Below are positions 35,071 to 47,000 of a stretch of DNA of 64,000 bases, piece after piece. The stretch's first letter is position 1. Each line of letters begins with the position of its first letter. The notes below the pieces were generated by a model. That model ran no database searches, was not told where the DNA came from, and worked only from the letters and a program-made list of their open reading frames with translations. The translations under genes and the position numbers were made by a program. The DNA lies in contig DF237051.1 of the NCBI GenBank assembly GCA_000708835.1, positions 139,037-203,036 on the forward strand. The letters are read 5' to 3'. This stretch comes from Klebsormidium nitens (Eukaryota > Plantae > Klebsormidiophyceae).

Positions 35071-38000
35071 TCAGTCGAGCCCCAGATCAAAGGAGGGCAT
35101 GCCGTCGTCATCCTCAAGCGACCGCCGCTTCCGAAGCCTCCCCCCCGACGTCGCCAATTGCGAGATGCTTCGCTCCATTGCAAGTGGGCTCCGCGCCAAT
35201 GCACCCGTTGCAACCTCCCCCTGTGGCACTGGCAGCCCCGTCTTACTCAACCCGCTCAGTTCCAGATTGGCGATGGACACGCCTATAGCGCGCACGGCGC
35301 CGGGAACCTCCGGACAAGGAGCCCCCATTTTTGGACGTCCGGATGTCACTGACAGCCGAGGCGGCGGCTGCTGAGACCGGGCCGCCAGCGCCTCCGCTTC
35401 CAGCCGGTCGAGATCCAACCCCGCCAGGAAGTCGTCTTCCCGCGTGTCATCCTGAGGTGCTGCCACGTGGCCACTTCTCACGCCAACCACCCCGGCTCCC
35501 TCTGCAATTGCAGGGCAGTGCAGCCACGGCCGTTCCGGGGGGGCAGAAAGAACAGTCGCATTGGCCCCCTGCCACCCCCCCTCTCCGTGTGCTGGAGCGC
35601 TTGCCCCGTCCGCTTTTCCAATCTGCCACGGTGTCCAAGACTGGTTATCCGGAAAGGCGAGCTTCCGTTTCTTCCCAGCCGGCCCCTCCCTATCAGCGCC
35701 CGCCACGTGGCACGCACCGGGCGCCCCATTCAACTTCCGGTCCTCCTTTCCGTCTCCTTCGCACCCATCCGTGGCGCCGTCTTCCGACTCTAACGACTCT
35801 TCGTACCCCAGCGAGCCTTCGACCGCTCCTTCCGAGTGCTCCGACCGCCGTCTACCGGGCAGGAAACGCATCTTGCCAAAGTTCTTGTTGGCCTGCGCCC
35901 GGGGCGGGGACTTGAACCGGGGCGCGTTGAGCGGCGAGGCGTCTTCCAAGGGGGATTGGGTCAGCAGGGAGCGCCTGACAACAAATGAAGAGCAGACTGT
36001 GGGCGTACGAACGTAAACGCGTGAAGATACTCAACCTTATGTGTCGTTGTGCTGTACCGCTGAATCGCTCAGTCGAGGAGCACACGAAACTTCTGCTTAA
36101 CGACCAAGACACGACCGGAAGAAATGAATCCTTGGATCAGCATCGCTTCTTTGGTGTAGAGTGGCAATTCAGACGGTCGATCGTAGCAGGTGAAAGAACG
36201 TGTCGATCCTGACGAGTTGCTAATCAACCGAACGGATTCCAGCAGCGTTCCTTCCTGGTTTTGGGACCAAAAATACAGCTGAAGCATATTATGACCACAC
36301 AACCCCGTAACTCAATCAGTCACTGTCACGTCTTCTCTTACCTCCTCCACTTCTCAGGTCATTCCGCCCCTACAGGAATTCGCAGCTTTCCACATGTGCA
36401 CCTCAAAATGGACGGAAAAGGGGGCATCGTCTGACAAACGCTTCGAAAAATGACTATTCGCCCACTTTATCCCGAGGCCGCTCACCGGTAGAGCGCCATC
36501 ATGTCCCCCGGCGACGCCTCGGCGCCTGCTGACGGAGTGGTGGTCGCCGCGGAGGCCGTGACTTGCGACCGGTCGTCGATGAAGCTGTCGTCCTCCTCCG
36601 GACCGTCGCCGGACTCGTCCGAAGACGCGGCCTCGTCGCCGGACACCCTGGAGGTAGGTTACATAATGAGAACCTATCATCAAAACTGCTCATCATATAT
36701 AAAAAACTCAAGTTTTGTTTTTCAAAGACGACCTGACAGCAGCGGGCCCTTGGTGTGACGTGGATATGGGCCACTCTGCTTAAAGAATGGGACTGACGGC
36801 GAGCTCTTGGTTTTGAATTTTGGGCGCAGCGATGGAAGGATGTAAGAATACGTGCTAAAGATCGTCATCCCGTCATGTCGCCTCCTTTCAATCAGGAGGC
36901 GGAGCTTCTCCGTTCCGGTCTGTGGCATGGGGGAGAGCCGGATGGCGGGGGCGTTTGTCTATATGCAATTGCCCAATCTCTATGCTACTGAGTCCTGTGC
37001 AACACGAAGCCGTTTGATTCCGTCCGTTCCTTGCACCTCGAGTCACTTACTCGCACCTCAAAGCGATTGTAACGAAAGACAGTCATCCAGGCGACGGGTA
37101 GAAGAGACGAATTGATTCAAGAGAGGCTTACTCGGCTTCCTCGTCAAAGAAGACGCTGGCAAGATTCCGCGCCTGCCCTTTCCCCTTCTTTAGCAAACCT
37201 GCAATTATAGCAAGGCTTTGGCAACAGAGTCAAACATTTTCACATCAGTTTGTGACGCTGCTTGAAATAGCGGCCGCCTATGGTTCTCCTTGGTCTGTCT
37301 TTCACTCTTGTAGAATTTTCTTATGGACTGCACGGCAGGGAGACAGGAGGTACGCCGAAGCTGAAATCTAGGAGCTTCTGGCAACTCAATCAATTGAGTA
37401 ACCCCTGTAGCCATTAATTGCAACTCAAACCATCGACGAGTCCTGAAACCAACCGGACGAGTCTGATTTGAATGCTTCTGCCAATTAATTGCAACACGCT
37501 GCGAAAGGTTCTGGGATACTCTCACTCACTCTGCATCGCCTCTTTCCGGCCCGCTTTGCTCTTTGCCCTCGGCGCCTCCCGCTCATCGGCCACATTCCGC
37601 TCCGCAGCAACCCTTTCCAACCCGCCCTCATTCCGCTGCGGAACGCTTTCCGTTCCGCTCTTCGCCTTCCTCAGGCGCCGCAGCTTCCGGGGAGGCCCTA
37701 CCGAGGGAGGCCCTGTCGGGGCCTGTGACGTGGGCATCCACTCTCCGCTACTCCTATGACTGGCGGGACTCTGATTTACAGGGCCTTTCGCACCGGACTG
37801 CGCTTCCGTTGGTGTGAATGGGCCCTTGCTAGGGGGCGGCGGCGCGTTTGCATCGACCGCTAGATCTGGAGGGTTCCGTGGCTCTCGTCCTTCTACTGGC
37901 GGGCAATAAGAAGACGACAGGGGTTGGTCGCTGACGTTACGACCGGCTGCCGCTGACGTCATGTCGCTAGGCGGCCAGGCAACCCCAGCCTCTGGCTCGG

Positions 38001-41000
38001 TTGAGATCGTACTCGGCCTGGCGAGACTTTGCAGAATGGGGGTTTGGTCCGCGTTAGCCTCTATCACGCTTTGCAACGCGCGGTTTCCGACCGCGTTAGG
38101 CCTGACCAGGTTCTGCAAACCGGGTTTCTCGACCTGGGCTGAGGACTGCTCTCGCAGGGACGCGTTAAGGCGCTCCCACTGTGACGGAGACGGCCGCAGG
38201 GTTTCAGCGTTTGGGAGGGGCGCAATCGGACGGTTCAAAGCGTCGCTCGGGCTGGACGCAGGACACGTGGCAGGATGCTGTGGAGCCACCAGATCAGGAC
38301 CAGGGCGATACCACGTGGTCGTATTTGGGTTCGGGTTGTCACGCCCGGGCCAGAGCCTGGGTAATGGCTTTCTTACGGGGAAATCTCCGTCCCGTTGGCT
38401 TCCGTTCTGCTGCATTCCGTTCCGCCTGCTCTCCGCTCCGGCGGCGCTTCCGCCAAGAAGGGGTGTATCGGCAAGGCCTTGTTGAACGCCGTTAGCGGGA
38501 GCCTCAGGCCGTCCGAAGAAGCGTCCGACTGGCGGCTGTGCCGAGGGGCGGAGTTGAAGAGCGGGGGAGGGGTATGTTGTTGGGGCGTAGATATCGGGGC
38601 CACCTGGCAAGAGGCTCAGATACGAGATCCTAAAGTTCCGGCTCATAAGAAACGTGTGAGATGAGTCCTCTTATGCGTTAGTCTGTGATCGAACCCTGAC
38701 CCTTAGGGGGGTTGGTTGCTGCAAGCATGTAACGAGGATGATCTGCGCTCTGACGAATCTGACGATAGAAGAAGCAAAAGTGACGACTTGCTCAATCTCC
38801 TGACCGAAGAGTCGCATTGCCGCTACTGCTTCCAAGAACTACCTTGACAGATCCTTTGACCGCGAAAGGCAGTGCCGAATTCGCAAAGCATTCCTTCATT
38901 GAGAGGTAGAGAAGAAGCCCGCAAACGGCCCTTCTGGGCTCATAGAACATGGGTAGCTTTTTCGGGCTTTCTCAAATATCTAGGACTGAATCTCTCAGAA
39001 AGACAGAAAGGAACTTTGAAACTTTGAGCAGATGCACTAGAAGACCTTTCCTGCAGATAGAAAATGGAAAATGCTACACTACAGAGCAAAAGCCCATAGG
39101 AGTTCTATCTAGTTCTTCATAAGGATGTCTCACCTCCGCTGCCGAGCGGCCAGCTGCTCCCTTGATGGGGGCTGCCGAACCCTTGCGGCCGTCCTTCCCT
39201 TTGGCTGCCCAGCCCGCACTGTCCGATGGGCACCCGCGACGGACGTCCGAAAATGGACGCCGCTTCCGTCGGATCCGGTGGCGTCTCCGGAATGGGCGAC
39301 CACCCTGGTGACACGCCACGCCCGGAGTCGCCCTGCGCATTGACACTGTTCTGGTGGGGTGCGGTTGGAGTCTGTGCTGCGGGCGCAGATGGTGTCGCTG
39401 GGATGGGCGACCACCCCGGTGAGACGCCACGCCCGGAGTCGCTCCCCGGATTGACACTGTTTTGGGGTGCGGTTGGAGTATCTGCCGCAGGCGCAGACGG
39501 TGTCGCCAGGACGGGCGACCACCCTGGTGACACGCCACGCCCGGAGTCGCCCTGCTGATTGACACTGTTTTGGGGAGCGGTTGGAGTCTCTGCCGCAGGC
39601 GCAGACGGTGTTGCCGGGACGGGCGACCATCGTGACGGAAAGCCACGCAAGGGGTCGCTCTCTGCGTTGACACCGTTGATCTGGTCAGGGACTGAGTTCA
39701 GGGCAGCGGTCCCACGCGCGGGGCTCGGCGGTGTCTCCGGCACCGGCGACCGTTGCAAGGGAAAGCTGCTCAGCAAGTCGCCTTGTTTGTCGGCACCGAT
39801 TTGCTGAGAGGTCGCCTGGTTTTGGGCGAACGCTGAGTCCGGCGTTTCCGGCACAACGCCCGACAAATCCCCTCGTGAAGGGTACGGCGAGGCGGCGCTC
39901 GAAGGCAGGGGCGAGAAACCCGGAAAGGGTACCGGTTTCAGGCCCCGTTTCGTCTCGACGCCATCGTTCCGCTGTTCACTTTCCGCTGGCCCGGCTCCCA
40001 CCGGAACGGAGTCGTTGGCCGGAGGCGAACTAGAATGAGGACTTTCAGGAACTCGCTGGTGCGGCCTCTGCTCCGCAGCCCCGTTCTCCTTGCGCGCACT
40101 GACGGCCTCCTCCTGCGACACGTGGCGTTCGGGGACCCCACCAGCTGTCGACTCCGGCGTTTCCGGGACTTTGTAGTCGGGGCTCTCATAGGCTATGGGG
40201 CTTCGGACCTGGCTCGACAGTGCGTGGAGGGCACGTGTCTCCGAGTCGGGACTCTCGGGTACTGTGCCCCGGGGGGATCCCTCTTGAGATTCGGGAGCCG
40301 GGAGAGACAACCGGCCGCACGCCTCAGAGTCTGGGCTTTCCGCGAGCCTGTTGTCAGGGCGTTGGTCTACCGGTTCGCTCACGGGCAGACTTCCCAGAGC
40401 AGCTTTCCCTGAAACGGTCGCAATCCCCGGGCTTTGCTCACTCCCACCGTTCCTTTTCGCCAAGTTCGCCGGAGGATTCGCTGCACGTGTTCCCAGTTCC
40501 AGTGCCTCTAACACCCGGCCCGTCGGACTACTTGATGCAGATCCGTTGCTTCCCTGGGTCAACCTTGCGTTCCCCGTTCCGTTTCCGCCGTTCCGCTGAC
40601 TTGAATTCCGCCCAATGGCAGTTCTGGCCGTCGCTCTGGGCGGCCGCCACGTGTCCTCTTCCTCGGACTCGCTGTCCGGCACGACGGCGTCCGGATCGAA
40701 GCGCACAGACGAAACAGCGCAGTCCGCTCTCTGAGACTGATTCACTTTTTCCGCCCGCTGTCCGTTCGCATTTCTCCTTTCTTCATCCGTTCCGGGCGCA
40801 CCCTGACTGCAACTCCTGACACGTTGGCTTCCGTTCAGATTTCTGCTTCCGCTTCCGCTTCCACTTGACTTCGCCTCCTTGTCGCCGATCGGACGCCCAG
40901 AACGTTTCGCCTCTTCCCGTCGTCGTTCGAAGCTGACAGCTCCTCCTTTTCGCTCCATTCCTAGTTCTTCTGGCCCCTCCGCCCCCTGGGTCCTCGTCTC

Positions 41001-44000
41001 CCCCTCCTCCTTCCACTCGTCATGCCGACCCCTTCTTCCCTCCCCCGCTCTATCTTCTTCGCTTCTCACTTCGGCACCCCTGACCGCAGGAGCGGCTTCC
41101 GTAGGTTCCGTCTTTTCCGCTTCCGCTCTCTCCCTCCGCCTGCCCGTCTTCTTCTTCCCCAGCCTCGATGCCAACGGAATGTCCTCGACATCCGAGCAGC
41201 TCCCACTTTCCCCCGGGGCTCTCAACCTATCTAGATTTCCTCCCAGCTCATTCGCGTTATCTTGTCCAAGTCCGTCGCCTAAAACTCCCGGCCCTGTCTC
41301 CGTTGGAGCAGATAACCCCTCCTCCTTCCTATCCGCCGCATCATCCTTCAACAGCTTTCGCTTCTTCCTTGCTCCCCCCTTGCTGCACAGAGGTTCAGAG
41401 CTTGGCGACCGCACCTCCGACCGGGAAGCTTGACCCCGGGCAGCCAACGGGAGGTCCTCCAGCGCCCAGGACGGTTCCCCGTGCCCCACGTTCGGCGACA
41501 AGTCGCCGAGAGGACGCGGCTTCTGGCTTCCCTGCGAAAGCCTTGCCTGGGTTCGCTTGGAACTCACGCTTTTCAGAACCTCGCAATGGATGTTTTGCGC
41601 CTCGAGCGGAGCCTCCGGTTGTTCTTTGGAGGCTTCGCTGGTCAAACGCGAGCGTTTCGGTGTGATCTTGATCCGCTTGTCTCCGGATTGGACGTCGCGA
41701 GGATCGCCGCCCGTGCTCCTTCTCTTTCTTTTCACTTCCCCGCTGTTCCTGACCGCCCGAGGGGAGTGCCCCGTTTCACAACCATTCTCCCTTTCGCTGT
41801 CGATGCCGTCCTCCGAACCCTCAGCCTCTCTCCCGACTCCGTCCGCCTTTCCGTCCGCTTCCGCCGGATTTTCGCCCGAATCGTCCGCTCTCTCGTCGGA
41901 CGACTCGTCGCTCCCGTCCGCAGAAGTGTCGCTGTCCGACGACGTTTCATCCGACGACTTCTCCCCCTGGTTAGCAGCCATTCCCTTGATCCGAGTGGGG
42001 GTGCACTCCAAACCGTCTCCGGCCTTTCCACTGTCGGACACAGGTTCTGGCACACATTTCGAAGCAGCTTCCGGTTTTTGCGAATCTCGTGGCGAGCTGC
42101 CCTGCGACCCCTCCGATTGGGACTGCGCTTCGCCAGCCTCCGGAACGCTCCGTTCAACCAAAGCCCCTCCAGTCTGCTCCCTACACCTACTCCTCTCACT
42201 GTCCGACTTCCCTCCATCGTCGCGTGAGCCGCGCCTTCGGCAAATGCCTTCCTCCGCGTGCCACGTGTCCGCCCCAAAGTCGCCTCCCCCTTGGCTGCAA
42301 CCGTTGGCTTGTCCAACGTCCCCCCATGTCGTTCCCCTCATCTCAAACTCGTTCGCTTGCAACGAACCCAAGTCCTCAGCCGGCCTCTCCGCTCTGAACA
42401 TCGTCTCAACCCCGCGCGCGCTCCCCGGGGGTGTGAACTGGGGCCTCGGGGGGCTCCAAGGCCGGCCCGGTTCCTCTGCTGGAGCCTTTTCCCCCTCCTC
42501 GGAGTACCCCAGATCTCCCCAGTCCCAATCGGTTACCTCTCCTGAGGGCCGGGAACTTCCAAAGTCCACTCTTTGCATTCGGACGCTTTCCTCTCTCTGC
42601 ATTCGGACGCTTTCCCCCCTCTGCATTCGAACGCTGCTAGGCCCCGGGCCCGCCCTCTCCGCCCTCCTGTTCTGGTCTAAGTAACCGTCCCGAGCAGCCG
42701 CTAGCCCTGCCGGTAACCTGCCCGGTAACCCTGCCCCAACCACGTTTCCGCCCTGCTCCTTCCCCTTCCCCTTCGCCGCCCCTACGCGCGCTGGCTTCGG
42801 CGCCCTCTTCGACCTTCCCGTGTCCTTTCGCGCGAAGATGTCAAGTCCCTGGTCGCTGACGTCATCGCTGTCGTCATCCCCTGGATCCGAGTGGGGGAGG
42901 CGGTCTTGCGACCGTTGCCGCTCCCTTTCCAGCCCCGGTTCCGTTTGGGGAGGTCCGTCGTGCAGCTGCTGCAGTACCCCCTCCGGCGCAAGTTCCGTTT
43001 CAAGGGGCCTCTCTTCCTGCTGTAGTAGCCCCCCTTCCGTCTGAGGTGCCGTTTCGGCGGGGTCATCTTGGGCCCACTCCAGCCGCAGTTCCGTTTCAGG
43101 GGGGCCGTCCTGCAGCCGCTGCAGCACCCCCACGAAGAGCTCCGTCGTGCGCGCCCCGTGGCGGATCCTGTGCACTTTCGACGGCTGCGATTGGAAGTTG
43201 GAGAAGGCGATGAGGGAGGGCGACCAATGGCGCTCGGGGGAGGGCCACCGGGCGAGAGTGGCCTTTTCCTCCGCGCCTAGTTCTTCGGTCCCCGGGTCAA
43301 CTAGCAGGGGGACGCGCACGGTCTTGTTGCCCCGGTGAATGTACTCGGGGATGTCCATGATGACGGTGCGCATCGTGGGCCGGAAGGCGTGGGGGACCTG
43401 GCCGGGTCAAGGGCATGGTTAAGCAGGGTTTAGGCTCGGTTAGTCTCGCGGGGAACTGTGACGTGGCGTTCGCAATTGGTCGCACGAAAAGCGTTCGAAC
43501 AGCACGAAGGTTGAGGGGACTTCGATTGGTAAACAGCAAAAAAGAAAGATAGATGAATAAAGCAGCGAAGTAACTTGGAAGCGGCAAGCATGGCGAGTTG
43601 CCTTTGCGTCCAAACAAGCCATCAATTACTTTGGGATTACAGTGAAAGACTGTGACGAGAAACAATCGTCATGTGACCTCGAAATCGACATGCAGCGGCA
43701 GTCTTCGAGCAATGACTCATTCTTTAGATCCAAGAACGAACAAAGCGTACCATTCTGGGTGAAGTGTGCTTCTCGAAGTCCTGCCCCCCGTTCTGCATCT
43801 TCTTCTGGACGGCCCGCATCTTGGCCTGGTTCTTCTCGTAGTCGCGCACCTCCTTGCCCATGGCCGCCAGGATCAGTGCACGTGGCAGTCAAGGACAGAA
43901 CGCAGCTTCCAGGAAATCCGGCTTTGAGTGAAAGTGCGAGCAAAGGTCCGGGACCGAAGAAACGAAGAAAGCGAACCCTTAAGCTCAATCGGAAGAATTC

Positions 44001-47000
44001 ACAACAAAGGTCGAATCAAGCCTCCCGGTGCACTGACGATCTGTAACCACGAGACGTTCGGAAGAGAGACCAGCCACAGACTCGGCAATTTGGTTGGAAA
44101 ATGCAAATAAAAGATCGAGTGAAAGAGAGAGAGTCGCGCAGTTGCTCGAGCAGACATTAGACTACTTGGACTATGAAGAAACTTAACGATACTTGACCAG
44201 CTAACAGATTGTTGCAGCTGAGGAGGATATCTACTCGGCCCTGCCGCTTCCGTCCCGTCCGGCCCATCCGTTGGATCATCCGCAGCGGAGAGGCGGACGC
44301 GTCGAAGCAGATGACCAGGTCCACCTCTCCGATGTCCAGGCCCTCCTCGCCAATGGAGGTCGAGACAATCACGTTGAAGGCGCCCGCGCGGAACTCCTGC
44401 GGAACAGCGGAAACGGAAGACGTTAACGGTACGTTGGAGAAGGAGAAACTGCCCAGCGAAGAGGCTTGACGCTCTTTGATGAGCTCTTTCCGGCCGACAC
44501 GAGGCCTCTGCAATGCACTCGCAGCTCTGTATGCTGGTGGAAGTCAGGCGTGTCAATTCGAGTGCTCTTCAGAGGTGCACGCCAAGGGGCATCAAAGCCA
44601 CAACAGATAGCGCATATTCACCTTCTACGTGCATGGAGCCCGCGAGCGCACGCGTTTCGAGACCCGATTCAGAGCAGGGCCTTTAGATACTTTTGGGTCC
44701 CCCAACTGAATGCATTCTGGACCCCTCCATCATATTAGGAGCACGAGCTCACCTTCAAAACCGCCTGCTGGCGTTTCTGGGACTGGCCCTTATTGTTTTT
44801 GCCTGCAGACGCGGTGCAGATAGACAGCCTAAGCAGCCTGCCAGACGAATTTGGCTTGAATTTGCGACAGAGGAAGGCAAGCCCACGAACCCAAGCAAAC
44901 TGGTAAATGTTGTTCCTCGTGGTGACAAGAAGTTGATTGTCCGAGTACAGTGGCATCGTGATAGGTTCCTAAATTGAGCGCTTGACCCTACTCCAATGGA
45001 AACCTGGTCCAAGTAGCAAATGGATCTTACCCGAAGCCTGGCCCTTGAACTCTGTGGACCGCACCTTAGGTGCGTGCTTTTGGAGCGTCTCATTGATGTC
45101 CCTGTAAGTGAGAAGCAGAGCTTTAGTTCTTTCGTCATTTCACTGGAATCCCATCAAGACCAAAAGAGGAAATTGGAACCACCCTTTATGGACTCGTGAA
45201 TAATCCCGGTGTGCTTCGGATACCCTTCAAACCTCCTCTGCGGTTTGACTCCCAACCTTACAACACAGATTTGTCACTCAACCCACTGCTCGCATGCATC
45301 TCGCTTTCCAGACGTTGTCGACGCCCGTCTGATTGCACGGTTCCTTATGGTGCGGTGAAACAATATAGGCTCGCACCTGGTAGCTTCACAAGATCCTAAG
45401 CTGGTGTCAAATACCACCGAAAAGAAATACCGAACAAAACGAGGAACACCATCATCGTAACATTCTCACGATGCAGAAAGTGAATCTTAGAAACGCCAGC
45501 TCACTTGACGCTCTCACGACGCTCTGCGAAGACGATAATGCGTGTTTGTTCCGGGTCGTGCCGCTCAAAGTGCTCCGCCAGGATCTCCTCCAGCTTCAGC
45601 AGCTTGGGCGCGGGCGCGCCCCGCCGCACCAGGTCGCGCATTGCGTCCAGCAGGTTCATGAAGCGGGCGTCGCGGGCGCGGTGCGCACGGAGCAGGCTGC
45701 GGCCAGATTGAGAGATTGAGGATTTCTGTGAATCAAGAATTATGAAATCTGATGCTTTCAGGGCTTCGGGATGGCGGAAGGCGAACACTTCATTGCTGAC
45801 GCTCAACACAGAAGCACATCACGGTAAGGAAGACAAGAGCTGACGAGACGAAATACGACGAAGCTGATAAGTTCAGGGGAAAAGTTCAGCAGATTGCGAA
45901 ATGCTTCGCGGGTTGTCGTCAAATTTGCCCTTGATTGATGTGTTTTGCAAAAGCGCAGATCGATTCGACAGAGGGGAGCCTTAAGAAAAGGTACCAAAAG
46001 TTAAAGAGGCAACAATTGGAGCAAAGACCTTTGACTTAAGCCTCACGGGTTATCCTCCACCTTGCCCTCCATTCACTTGCAGAAGAAAGACACAGTTCCT
46101 GATTAGAAGAGCGGGAAAGTACATAACAAACGAATAAAGCAGAATATTGAGACAACAAGAAGCCTAAAAAACAAAACTTGTTCGGCGAGCCTCACGGGTT
46201 GTCTTCTAGCTTGCCCTCCATGTACTTGAAGCTCTGCTGGACCCCGTCGGACGTGAGCAGCTGTGTCCCGAAGTAGAGCGAGTGCAGGATCGCAAACAGC
46301 GTGCTGACCTCGCGCATGTTGCCGTCGTGCACGTGCGGAGGGGGGTTCGCCATGAACCGGTTTTTGGCGTCGAGGATCTGGAAAGCCGTCACCTGGACGA
46401 GAGCGGATGGTTTGCTTGATCAAATATGGAGCCACAATGAAAGCGGCAGCATCTGCAGTAAGGGTTGCATACCTGAAGTAGGCAGGGGCGCCGAGGATCT
46501 GAAAGGGCGTCTTATGAGAAGAGGAGGAACATTGACGTCAGGTTTGACTCTGACTTCGTGCCCTGTAGGGCAGCTTGAAGTGGGAGAAACACCACCGACC
46601 TCACAATATTGAGCACCGCTTGGCGTAGACTCGAGGGCGTCAACTCGCCAAAAAAACCGAGAACCCGTCCGAGTGCGAAAGCCCGACGAAGGATACCAAT
46701 TTGCGCCACTTATCTGCATTTGACGGGAAATTGCATGCCTTTCTGTCGAAGAGGAGCGGGCAGGCACATCGTTGAAACAAGGCCGCTCAGCTGAGTCGTA
46801 TAAGACTGGCACCAGCGTAACTTATCAGAGCCAGTAGCAACCCCAAAGCGGAGCCCAAAAGCCATAGCAATCCACAAAGCGGAGCCAAAAGCAGGCTCAC
46901 CGCTGTGACGTCCTTGCTGTAGAAAGCCCCGAAGGAGCAGAGCCGCCCGAGCATCGGCCGGATGGCCTCCACGAAGAGCGTGCGGATGGTCGCCGAGTTC

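Noticed and set aside
35930-35980. Possible frameshift at the start of the last FANCM exon
   Set aside because: Recounting the G run (5 G) gives a continuous [15 protein letters not shown] frame.
39559-43338. Long + strand ORFs (e.g. 41557-42684, 41430-42227, 40220-40819)
   Set aside because: These are antisense shadows of the GC-rich FANCM exon, with no domain content.
44400-44513. Extra FANCM exon ([12 protein letters not shown]...)
   Set aside because: Open intronic frame. The [17 protein letters not shown] exon already joins directly to EFRAGAF, as expected for FANCM.
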